Shown here: positions 16,209 through 24,615 of the stretch, one piece after another | Position numbering within the stretch: position 1 is the first letter of the stretch | Layout of the letters: every line of letters begins with the position of its first letter | Made by a program: the position numbers and the translations under genes | Assembly (NCBI GenBank): GCA_050125095.1 | Contig: JASFEA010000027.1 | Coordinates: 1 to 25,775 of the forward strand | Reading direction: 5' to 3' | Source of the DNA: a bacterium | GTDB taxonomy: Bacteria; Arandabacterota; Arandabacteria; Arandabacterales; JALGWA01 | Length of the DNA stretch: 25,775 bases | The notes under the pieces: generated by a model | What the model saw: the letters and a program-made list of their open reading frames with translations, nothing else | What the model was told of the DNA's origin: nothing | The model's database searches: none

Positions 16209-17033
16209 TCACGCCTCCGCAAGGCAGATCAGCAGCTCGGCCATCGAAACGACATCCATGAGGTTATGCCGAATCACCCCCACCAGCCTTCTTGCATCGT
16301 CAGTATGCACGAAATCATGATAAATGCAAGGAACTTCCCAGCCCGGCACGTCGCCGCTTCTCCGCCTCCCGAGTATATGCCGCTCGAGCGTCGTGAGCCT
16401 GCAGTTGGGCAGGCTGTCCCGCCACATTCTGCGCGCATGGTAAAGAATGTCCAGATGCTCGGGGTCGAAGGCCAGGTCCAGACGGTGGTACTTGGCCCTC
16501 TCCCTGAGGTACGGAATATCGAAAGATTTGCCGTTGAAGGTTACGCAGATATCGAACCCCTCTATCAGCCGGTCGAGCATTCCCACCAGCGCCCTCTCTT
16601 CCGAGTAATCGCGGGCCAGGAGCTGCGCGCAGGCCAGAACGCCGTCCTTTTCGAACATGGCGCCCGCGAGGAAGAGGGGCGTCGAGGAGAAGCCGGTCGT
16701 CTCAAGGTCAAGGAATACATAGCGCGGCCCGGAATCGCATTTCGCCAGTCGCGAAACCGCTTCCCTCAGGTCGCCGGGGTCGACCAGCCCGCCGACATCT
16801 CGCTCTATCAGGAGGCAGCGGCCCAGGTCGCATTCGACTTCCCTTGCACCGTCGATATCCCCCACGGCAAGCGGAGCGTCATCGGGCGCCGCCCTGAAGC
16901 CATCCCCGCCCTGACCCCGGCCCCTGCCCGGGCAACGGCTGCTGCCGCGCGACCGCCTGTCCGGCGCGCCTTCTCTCAGCGCGAGTTTGAGAGCGGCTAT
17001 TCGGTCCCGGATGTCCCTGTCAGTCTCTCTCAA
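16209..17033 (-). CDS. RNase H-like DEDD exonuclease, YprB/MrfB family, without TPRs
   Basis: VFLDLETTG, TFNGKSFDIPY, HLDILY.ARR.W, L..LE..ILG..R..DVPG.EVP..Y, HNLMDV. Probable TTG start at 17033 with an AAGGAG SD (the ORF extends to 17087). Confidence 0.88.
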   Translation of the reverse strand: MRETDRDIRDRIAALKLALREGAPDRRSRGSSRCPGRGRGQGGDGFRAAPDDAPLAVGDIDGAREVECDLGRCLLIERDVGGLVDPGDLREAVSRLAKCDSGPRYVFLDLETTGFSSTPLFLAGAMFEKDGVLACAQLLARDYSEERALVGMLDRLIEGFDICVTFNGKSFDIPYLRERAKYHRLDLAFDPEHLDILYHARRMWRDSLPNCRLTTLERHILGRRRSGDVPGWEVPCIYHDFVHTDDARRLVGVIRHNLMDVVSMAELLICLAEA

Positions 17034-19365
17034 GAATCTCCTTAAGGATGAGTCTTGCAGTCTCCTTGTCGGGGATGGGATAGCCATGCCCGCCGTCAGG
17101 GTCCTGGTGCTGGGGTGGCCTGAAGACGGGCAGACCTACGCATGACGGGCACCCGCCTTCGCAGGGGCAATCGTCGATAACCCCGAGTGCAGCCCGGAGG
17201 ATGTCAGGCAGAAGACCATAGGCCTTCTCGCTGAAACCGAGGCCGCCCTTGAACCTGTCGTACAGGAATATGGCCGGCTTCCCGGTATTGCTCGATTCGA
17301 CAAGGCCTCCTATGTCCTGGCGGTCGCACATCACGAAAAGCGGAAGGATGTTGATGAGCACGTTCTTGACGCCCACCAGTCCTTCGACCAGATTCTTCCC
17401 CCTTCGCTTGACAACGCCCACTACTTCAGGTTCAGGATACATATAAACCGAGACTGTCTCAAGGTGCTGCGTGGGCAGGTCGAGAGTGCCGTAGCCTATC
17501 GAATCCATGCTGTAGAATTTGATCTTCTTGAAAGCCGTCGTGGTCCAGCTAACCGTGGCGTCTCCGTAGAAGAACCTCAGCCCGCTTGAGGACCCGGACT
17601 TATTTTCCTTGATGACGCGGATGGACGAGTCGATTATGGGCTGCGTGTAATAATCGACCTCCGCGCGCTCGACATATGCTACCTTGCCCTCAAGGTCAAG
17701 CCGGCGCACGATATACGTACGGCCGTCATGGAGATAGATGCCCTCCGGATACACCAGCTCCGGCGCGCTGATGGAGTCGACGACGCCGATTACCTTCTCC
17801 GTGTCCGTGGCCTCGACTATGGTGAAGGTGTCGTCCGAAATGGTCCTGAGGTTGACACCGGCCGCCGGGAATTCGGTCGTGGCCCAGTAAGTGCTTCCGT
17901 CTATCGTCTTGACCTTCTTCACGTCTTCAAGTACCCCGAGTATGGTGCCCAGCAGGCCACCGAAGTAGATCTCGTCATCCTCGGTAAGCGGCAGCTCGAA
18001 GGCGGCGCAGCTCAGGTGGCCAGCAAGTATGTACGGGTTCTCCGGACCTATCACCGCGTTTTCCGGCGTCTGGCCGAAGAAGTAGCCCGGACTCCGCATG
18101 AGGTACTGGTCTATGGGATCGTTATAGGCGACGAACACGACCAGTGACTCGTCGGTCTTGCGCCCAGCCCTGCCGGCCTGCTGCCAGGTGGAGGCTATGG
18201 TGCCCGGGAAGCCCACTATAATAGAGGCGTCAAGGCTTCCCACATCTATGCCGAGCTCGAGCGCGTTGGTGCTCGCCACTCCAAGCAGGCGGCCCGAAAA
18301 GAGGGCCTTCTCGATCTCCCGCCTCTCCTCCGGAAGGTACCCCGCCCGGTACGCGCTTATCTTGTCGACAAGATGGGGGTTCCGCCTGGCAAGAGCCTCC
18401 CGCACGTACCTCAGTATGAGCTCGGCCACGACCCGCGCCTTGGTGAAGGTGATGGTCTGCACGTTGGACTCCACGAGCTTGACCATTATCTCATGGGCCT
18501 CGACGTTGGAGCTCTTCCGCTCAATCTTGTGGTTGTCCAGGAACGGGGGATTCCACAGAACGAATTTCTTGGGCCCGCTCGGCGAGCCGTCGCCGGAGAC
18601 GACTTCGACGGCGTCCCCGATGAGGTTCTCCGCCAGCTCGCCGGGGTTGGCGATGGTTGCCGAGCAGAGAATAAATACTGGATCGGCACCATAGTGCTTG
18701 AGTATGCGCCTCAGCCGCCTGAGCACATTGGCGACGTTGGATCCGAAGATACCCCTGTAGGTGTGCATCTCGTCGATAACGACATACTTGAGATTGCCGA
18801 AGAAACGGCTCCATCGCGAGTGATACGGCATTATGCCCTGGTTGAGCATATCGGGATTCGTCATTATCACATTTGCGTCCTGCCTGAGCTTCCGCCTGGC
18901 GTACTGGGGAGTGTCCCCGTCGTAGGTTCCCGGCCTAACCGCGCTGTCCTGCCCCGGAAGAAGCAGAACGAGGTCGCCTAACGCCCTCAGCTGGTCCTGG
19001 GCCAGCGCCTTCGTTGGAAACATATAAAGGGCGGTCGACGCGGAGTCATCAAGCAGGGTTTCGAGAACGGGTAAGTTGTAGCACAGAGTCTTACCGCTGG
19101 CCGTGGAGGTAACGACGGCGACATTCCGGCCTTCGCGTATGAGGTCGATAGCATGGGCCTGGTGGGAGTAGAGCCTGTCGATCCCCAGAGATGCGAGCGC
19201 CTTACGGATAGACGCCCCTATCGGAGCCGCAGTTTCCCTGAACTCGGCTTCGCGCGGAGGGATGTCTGAAATATGTACTATCTGTCCCCTGTAACCTGCG
19301 GAAGCCACAATCTCTTTGAGAAAGCGGCTTATCCCGGATTCTTGCTGCCTGGGACTGCTTTCCAT
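17020..19365 (-). CDS. DEAH-box helicase with DUF1998 Zn-binding C-terminus (YprA/MrfA/SftH/Hrq1 family)
   Basis: LYSHQ, TSTASGKT, PTKALAQDQ, TNPDML, VIDEMH, SATIANP, TNALELGIDVG, QQAGRAGR; C-terminal MCD...CPCEGGCPSC. Confidence 0.95.
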   Translation of the reverse strand: MESSPRQQESGISRFLKEIVASAGYRGQIVHISDIPPREAEFRETAAPIGASIRKALASLGIDRLYSHQAHAIDLIREGRNVAVVTSTASGKTLCYNLPVLETLLDDSASTALYMFPTKALAQDQLRALGDLVLLLPGQDSAVRPGTYDGDTPQYARRKLRQDANVIMTNPDMLNQGIMPYHSRWSRFFGNLKYVVIDEMHTYRGIFGSNVANVLRRLRRILKHYGADPVFILCSATIANPGELAENLIGDAVEVVSGDGSPSGPKKFVLWNPPFLDNHKIERKSSNVEAHEIMVKLVESNVQTITFTKARVVAELILRYVREALARRNPHLVDKISAYRAGYLPEERREIEKALFSGRLLGVASTNALELGIDVGSLDASIIVGFPGTIASTWQQAGRAGRKTDESLVVFVAYNDPIDQYLMRSPGYFFGQTPENAVIGPENPYILAGHLSCAAFELPLTEDDEIYFGGLLGTILGVLEDVKKVKTIDGSTYWATTEFPAAGVNLRTISDDTFTIVEATDTEKVIGVVDSISAPELVYPEGIYLHDGRTYIVRRLDLEGKVAYVERAEVDYYTQPIIDSSIRVIKENKSGSSSGLRFFYGDATVSWTTTAFKKIKFYSMDSIGYGTLDLPTQHLETVSVYMYPEPEVVGVVKRRGKNLVEGLVGVKNVLINILPLFVMCDRQDIGGLVESSNTGKPAIFLYDRFKGGLGFSEKAYGLLPDILRAALGVIDDCPCEGGCPSCVGLPVFRPPQHQDPDGGHGYPIPDKETARLILKEILERD

Positions 19366-19372
19366 CGGCCCC

Positions 19373-20533
19373 TCACCTGCTGATGCCCGCGCCCCTTCTT
19401 ATTGCCTTCTCCCCGAACTTGTCCCGTATGGAATCCATGGTGCTGATGAAGAGGTCGTATTTCCTGTCCAGGTTGAAAATGGGTTCCGAGCATGCTTCGC
19501 CTTTCTTCGTAAGCCCCGACACGCTTACGCCCAACAACCTGAGCGCTTCCCCGCTGTGGTTTTCTATAAAGAGGCGCCTGGCCACACGGTATATGAGGTC
19601 ATCCCTGTCGACCCGATGTTCGATCTTGCGCTGGCGAGTGATGGTCCGGAAATCCTTGTCCCTTATCTTGACGGTTATCGTATCTCCCACGTAACCCTCC
19701 AGCCTCATTCTTCTCGCGACCTTCTCAGAAAGCCACAGAAGCGTGGCCAGCAGGCGGTCGCGGTCTTCGACATCATCGGGCAGAGTATATTCATGTCCCA
19801 TGGACCTGGGGGCCGGGCCCTCGTAGTAGGGGACCACCGGACTGTTGTCTATCCCGTTCGCGACCTTAATGATTTCCCCCCCGTAAACGCCGAAGAGAGC
19901 CTTGAGTTTGCTCTCAGGATATGCCGCAAGCTCCCGGATTCTGTTTATTCCCAGGCGCTTCAGTTTCTCGGCGGTCTTATCCCCCACGCCCCAAAGGGCC
20001 GATACCGGCCCTTCCCCGAACACCTTGAGAAAATCTCCCTCCCTGATCAAAGTAAGGCCGTCAGGCTTGTCGACTCCGGAAGCCATCTTCGCGACATACT
20101 TGTTTGTGGAGATGCCGATTGAACCGGTGAGCCCGAACCTGCTTCTGATTCTATTCTTTATCTTTCTCGCCAGCAGGACCGCTTCGTTGAGCTCGACACC
20201 TTCAAACTCCATAAAAGCTTCGTCCACGCTGAATGGCTCGATAATCGATGTAAACTCCTTGAGAAGTTTCAGGATCTGCACGGACGTGTAAACGTACTTC
20301 TGGTGATTCCCCCCTATATATATGCCGTGGGGGCAAAGATTCTTCGCCTTCCCAACCGGCATTCCCGATTTGACGCCGTACTTCCTTGCCTCATAGGATG
20401 CGGTCGATACAACGCTCCGGGCATGAACATCGCCGCAAATGATAACCGGCTTTCCCTTAAGCTTCGGGTTGGTCACTTCCTCGACCTGTGAGAAGAAGGC
20501 ATCCATGTCTATGTGAAGAATCACTCTGGACAT
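19373..20533 (-). CDS. dinB: DNA polymerase IV (Y family)
   Basis: HIDMDAFF, SYEARKYGVKSGMP, SVDEAF (catalytic acidic residues intact), AKMAS..KPDG, WGVG, little-finger domain ending RLLGVSVS. Confidence 0.96.
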   Translation of the reverse strand: MSRVILHIDMDAFFSQVEEVTNPKLKGKPVIICGDVHARSVVSTASYEARKYGVKSGMPVGKAKNLCPHGIYIGGNHQKYVYTSVQILKLLKEFTSIIEPFSVDEAFMEFEGVELNEAVLLARKIKNRIRSRFGLTGSIGISTNKYVAKMASGVDKPDGLTLIREGDFLKVFGEGPVSALWGVGDKTAEKLKRLGINRIRELAAYPESKLKALFGVYGGEIIKVANGIDNSPVVPYYEGPAPRSMGHEYTLPDDVEDRDRLLATLLWLSEKVARRMRLEGYVGDTITVKIRDKDFRTITRQRKIEHRVDRDDLIYRVARRLFIENHSGEALRLLGVSVSGLTKKGEACSEPIFNLDRKYDLFISTMDSIRDKFGEKAIRRGAGISR

Positions 20534-21135
20534 CAGTATTTTCTCACTATGGCTTCGAGCGTTCCCAGGACGGCGACCCTCCTCCCGTCTGCACCGGAAA
20601 GCATGATGTCCCTGTACCTCTTGTTCTCCGGTTTTAGAATGACCCTGTTCCCCTTTTTGACAAGCCTCTTGAGGGTAACCTCGTCGTCGATCAGGGCGAT
20701 CACAATCTCCCCGCTTGGAGGGTCAGGGTTCCTCCTGACGATCGCAATGTCCCCGTCATTTATGCCGGCTCCTATCATGCTGTCACCGTGGACCTTCACC
20801 GCAAAGACGTCCTTGCCCCTGACAAGGCGTTCATCAACCAGAATGCTGCCCTCATAATTCTCCTCTCCAAAAGATGGACCGCCGGCCGGCACCCGTCCAA
20901 GGACGGGAATTCTCCTTGCTTCTCCTTCACGCTCATGTAGCGACAGGCTAATGCCTCTTGAGGTGTTTGCAATGCGGCTTATGAGCCCGTCCTCCTCAAG
21001 CTTGTTCAGGAAGTACCGGACTCCATTCGTGGACGAGATGTTGAACCTGGCCCCGATTTCCCTTATGGTGGGAGGCCTGCCCCCGCTGGTTATCTCGTCC
21101 CTGATGAATTCATAAATCGCCCTCTTCCGCTCCAT
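20533..21135 (-). CDS. lexA: SOS repressor LexA
   Basis: PPTIREIG..SSTNGV wHTH, cleavage site VPA-G, catalytic Ser (GDSM) and Lys (VTLKR). ATG 21135 has a GGAGG SD. Confidence 0.96.
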   Translation of the reverse strand: MERKRAIYEFIRDEITSGGRPPTIREIGARFNISSTNGVRYFLNKLEEDGLISRIANTSRGISLSLHEREGEARRIPVLGRVPAGGPSFGEENYEGSILVDERLVRGKDVFAVKVHGDSMIGAGINDGDIAIVRRNPDPPSGEIVIALIDDEVTLKRLVKKGNRVILKPENKRYRDIMLSGADGRRVAVLGTLEAIVRKY

Positions 21136-21152
21136 TGCTAACCTCCACAACC

Positions 21153-21181
21153 ACCTTACTGCACATATGTGCAGTAGTCAA
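21153..21181 (-). promoter_or_regulatory. lexA operon promoter with an overlapping perfect 20-bp palindrome (candidate SOS box, 21157-21176)
   Basis: Minus strand TTGACT, 17 nt, TAAGGT. The palindrome TACTGCACATATGTGCAGTA covers the whole spacer. Confidence 0.85.
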
Positions 21182-21232
21182 GAAAAACATGGGGTCGGAC
21201 ATGGGGTCAGGTCTCGGAATGCACACTAAGAC

Positions 21233-22282
21233 CTATTCTTTGAGAGCGATTTCCCTAACTGACATGCGGTAATCCCTGAACCAACGCCGGATTTCGCCGG
21301 ATGAAACCTTCTTCAGCTTCATCATCCGCTTGCGCTGGCCCAACACCCGGGGCAGCCCCTTGAAAGCAGAGAAATAAGCCTTAATCACCGCCCAGTAAAG
21401 CCTGGACTGAGAATATTCCTTTGTGAACCTGCCGGCCGCCCCCTTGCCTGATAGGGCTCCGTAGAACTGGTAGATATATCTCACCAGCGAGTAGAAGGGG
21501 CTCGCCATTGCGCGGCCCGCGGGGAAGTATTTCCAGACGATCCATATCCTGTTTCTCTCGACAAGATAGACTTTGGCCGGAGAATACACGCCTGTGGTCA
21601 TTGAGTAATGGTGATAGACGATAGCTCCGGGTACGAAAATGCACCCCCAGCCCGCAAGCCGTCCCCTGATTCCGATATCCGTATCGTCGCCGTACGCGAA
21701 GTGATGCTCGTCGAAGAGACCGATCTCTTCGAACATGGCCTTCTTATAGAGAGCGGCGCAACCGCTGGGGAAAAACACGTCAGTCTTATCATCGTACTGG
21801 CCCTCGTCCGGCTCGAGACGGCCCCTGCCACGATTCAGGCCGTCCGGATAGAAGAGGTGCCCGGTAGTGTCTATTACGTTCCTGTCGTCGAAGAACAGGG
21901 TCTTACTCGCCAACATGCCGACCTCGGCATTCGCGTCCGCCGCGTTCACCAGCTCTTCGAGCCACCGGGGATGGGCTTCAGTGTCATTGTTGAGAAGAGC
22001 GATATACTCACCTTCCGACGCTTCAATACCCTGGTTGGATGCGCGAGCGAAACCGGCGTTTTCCGAGTTCTCGATTATTTTAGCGACCCACCCGAAGTTA
22101 TCTTTGACGAAGTCCACCGAGCGGTCATCGCTGGCGTTGTCCACCAGAACAACCTCAAAATCCCGGAAAGACTGTCTTTCAAGAGAAGTAAGACAATCAC
22201 CCAGCAGGTTCCTGCCGTTGAGATTCGGGATTACCACCGAAACCAGCGGCCTGCTCTCTTTGGGTACTGATTCATCAGCCAC
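21233..22282 (-). CDS. Glycosyltransferase family 2 (WbbL/RfbF-like)
   Basis: VSVVIPNLNG, VLVDNASDD, NAGFARASNQG, LLNNDT, SGCAALY, GLFDE..F.YGDDTD. Confidence 0.92.
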   Translation of the reverse strand: MADESVPKESRPLVSVVIPNLNGRNLLGDCLTSLERQSFRDFEVVLVDNASDDRSVDFVKDNFGWVAKIIENSENAGFARASNQGIEASEGEYIALLNNDTEAHPRWLEELVNAADANAEVGMLASKTLFFDDRNVIDTTGHLFYPDGLNRGRGRLEPDEGQYDDKTDVFFPSGCAALYKKAMFEEIGLFDEHHFAYGDDTDIGIRGRLAGWGCIFVPGAIVYHHYSMTTGVYSPAKVYLVERNRIWIVWKYFPAGRAMASPFYSLVRYIYQFYGALSGKGAAGRFTKEYSQSRLYWAVIKAYFSAFKGLPRVLGQRKRMMKLKKVSSGEIRRWFRDYRMSVREIALKE

Positions 22283-22379
22283 TTATGCACCTTGACCTTT
22301 TTAGTAGAATGTACGGGCCTCAAGTAGTATAAGTCACATGCAGAGAATAGCAAAATTAAAACGCGAGAGAGGATGGCAC

Positions 22380-23600
22380 ATGACGCGGAGGACAAGAAAC
22401 GCGCTTATTCTGACAGTCCTGGCGATTTCACTTTCAATAAGGCTCGGGGCGGTAATTAGAATAGGCAATCCCCAGGACGTGCCGCGGTCTCTGGCCGAGA
22501 GCGACGCGCCGACCTATTTCAAGCTGGCAGACAACCTGCTCGACGGCACGGGCTACAGGTACTCGGCGGCCGAGCCGCCGACGGCAAGGCGTACGCCGGG
22601 CTATCCGCTGTTCATCGCCTCCGTTTTCAAGATATGCGGCAGGAATTTCAATGCCGTCAGAGTGGCGCAGTGCATGCTTGATATGATAAGCACTTTTTTG
22701 GTGTTCGCCTTATGTCTGCTGATATTCGGGAGCCCGCTGGCGGGAATACTGGCCGCGCTGGCTTATGCCGTTTATCCACCGGTCATAATAATAGTCACGC
22801 ATATCATGTCCGAGACCCTGTTTACATTTCTGCTACTCCTATTCGCCGTCACCTGCATTCTGGGAATCAGGTCGAGGCAACGCGCCCTCTTTGCTGTTTC
22901 GGGGATATTCCTCGGCCTTGCGACCCTGACCAGGCCGGGTGCGCTCCCGCTTCCGTTCGTCCTGCTCTTGGCAGCGGCCATATGGAAACGGGACCTCATC
23001 AGGGGTTTCCTGATACTTGTGGTGGCGTTTTCATTCACCATGCTGCCCTGGGGACTGCGCAACGAGCGGGACATGGGCAAATTCATTCCAACGAGCACGC
23101 TCGTTGGCGGCAATCTCTATAAGGGAAATCACTTGCCGACACAGGGCGCTTACTTCATGTCCACCGACAGCCTGCTTACCGATGACATCCGGGCCCGGAT
23201 CGCGGGCACAACCGAGGTACAGAGGGACAGCATTCTGCAGGCGGAAGCTATCAGGATGATAAAGTCGCATAAGACAGCTACCCTGGCGCTGGCGGCCAAG
23301 AAGATCCCGCGGCTCTGGCTCAACCTCGGATACGGAAGGAAACCATCCAGGAAGAGCTACGCTATCGCCGGGCTCCATGGCATCTTCCTCGTGCTGGGTT
23401 TCGTCGGACTGATCAGGGCGCCGGCGGCCAGGCGCTATCTCAACATCGTGCCCGTCACGACCATCGTATTGTCTACCGTGCTCTACCTGGCGGTTGCCGC
23501 CGAGGTCAGGTTTGTATTTCCGCTGATACCGCTGCTCCTGCCGTACACGGCATACGGTCTGGTCTCGGTCCTCAAGAGGGGAGAGTACGGCGCGGCCTGA
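22380..23600 (+). CDS. Integral membrane GT-C glycosyltransferase (GT39/ArnT/PMT-like)
   Basis: D...Y..LA.NL..G.G, RTPGYPLF, MSETLF, GLATLTRP, PWGLRN, RFVFP; many TM helices. ATG 22380 follows GAGAGGA (the ORF opens at 22338). Confidence 0.85.
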   Translation: MTRRTRNALILTVLAISLSIRLGAVIRIGNPQDVPRSLAESDAPTYFKLADNLLDGTGYRYSAAEPPTARRTPGYPLFIASVFKICGRNFNAVRVAQCMLDMISTFLVFALCLLIFGSPLAGILAALAYAVYPPVIIIVTHIMSETLFTFLLLLFAVTCILGIRSRQRALFAVSGIFLGLATLTRPGALPLPFVLLLAAAIWKRDLIRGFLILVVAFSFTMLPWGLRNERDMGKFIPTSTLVGGNLYKGNHLPTQGAYFMSTDSLLTDDIRARIAGTTEVQRDSILQAEAIRMIKSHKTATLALAAKKIPRLWLNLGYGRKPSRKSYAIAGLHGIFLVLGFVGLIRAPAARRYLNIVPVTTIVLSTVLYLAVAAEVRFVFPLIPLLLPYTAYGLVSVLKRGEYGAA

Positions 23601-24473
23601 TCATTGCGCGGTGAAGAAGGGGATTATCCTGCCGTGTCCAAGGAGCTGCTTCCTGCAATATACGGTGTCTTGATAGACACAGTGTTCAAAAGGTGAATGA
23701 ATAGCGAGGATTCCTTCGGCCTGTCCCAGTATGAGGTAGCCACCCGGGGCCATGCTCTCATAGAACTGGATAATGACCCTCTGCACGATTTCCGGCTGCA
23801 GGAACAGGAGAACGTCGCGGCACACGATGATGTCCATGTCGCTTATGCCGGCCCGTTTCCACGTCGGGAGGTCATCTATGAGATTGTGCGTCGCGAAACG
23901 GACGCGGTCCCTGATCCGGCGTTTGAGTTCATAATCACCATTCGTCCCCGTGAAATAGCCCGCCTCCCTATCATCAAGCTCTTCCACCGAACCGGCGCAG
24001 TATATACCCTTCGTGGCTTTGGCTATGGCGCTTGAGTTGATGTCCGTACCCACTATGTACGCCCCTTCGGCGAACCTTCGAAAATACATGTCGAGAAGGA
24101 TGGCCGTGGAGTAGGTTTCTTCCCCTGTAGCGCATCCCGCGTCCCAGATTCGCACCGACCTGTCCGCGCCTACTCTCTGAAGAATCTCGGGGACTATAAG
24201 CTCCTTCAGCAGGTCGAAATGCTCACGAGATCTGAAAAACGCCGTGTCCGACGGCATGACGTCCGGGATGACGGCGGCAAGTTCCGCGCGCAGGCTCTCG
24301 GGATTGTCGAGTATGGCGGCATACTCCGCCTCCGTTTTCAAGTCCAGTGCCGCCATACGGCGCGCCACCGCTTTCTCTATCGACTCCCTGTGAGTGTCAT
24401 CTACGCGCAGGCCCGTCGTAACCGACAACATCCGGCAAAACTCTTCCATCTTTTCAGGTGATTTACGATTCAA
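23601..24473 (-). CDS. cheR: CheR-type SAM-dependent methyltransferase (orphan)
   Basis: TAFFR, RIWDAGCATGEETYS, GTDIN, FATHNL, DIIVCRDVLLF, GGYLILG. Start uncertain (TTG 24473 or ATG 24449). Confidence 0.85.
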   Translation of the reverse strand: MNRKSPEKMEEFCRMLSVTTGLRVDDTHRESIEKAVARRMAALDLKTEAEYAAILDNPESLRAELAAVIPDVMPSDTAFFRSREHFDLLKELIVPEILQRVGADRSVRIWDAGCATGEETYSTAILLDMYFRRFAEGAYIVGTDINSSAIAKATKGIYCAGSVEELDDREAGYFTGTNGDYELKRRIRDRVRFATHNLIDDLPTWKRAGISDMDIIVCRDVLLFLQPEIVQRVIIQFYESMAPGGYLILGQAEGILAIHSPFEHCVYQDTVYCRKQLLGHGRIIPFFTAQ

Positions 24474-24615
24474 CTCCGCACCCCCATACGAAATACGCGG
24501 CCTCCATACCCGACCTCACCTCTTCAGGGGCAATACAACCGGCAGGGGAACTGCTGAGCAGGGGAGCACAGCTCGGGCCCAGTTATACTATATCCTCATA
24601 TGGCAGAGATGTGAC

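Noticed and set aside
17020-19365. DUF1998 helicase as an anti-phage defence gene (DISARM, Druantia, Dpd type)
   Set aside because: Its size, its YprB-family partner and the lexA/dinB context fit MrfA/YprA; no methylase, PLD nuclease or other defence genes are nearby.
13130-20291. Plus-strand ORFs opposite guaB, pcm, the phosphatase, mrfB, mrfA and dinB
   Set aside because: Antisense shadows of well-supported minus-strand genes.
24474-24615. cheR leader as a c-di-GMP or other riboswitch
   Set aside because: No recognisable aptamer consensus, only a short tcccctgc repeat; an Rfam search would be needed.
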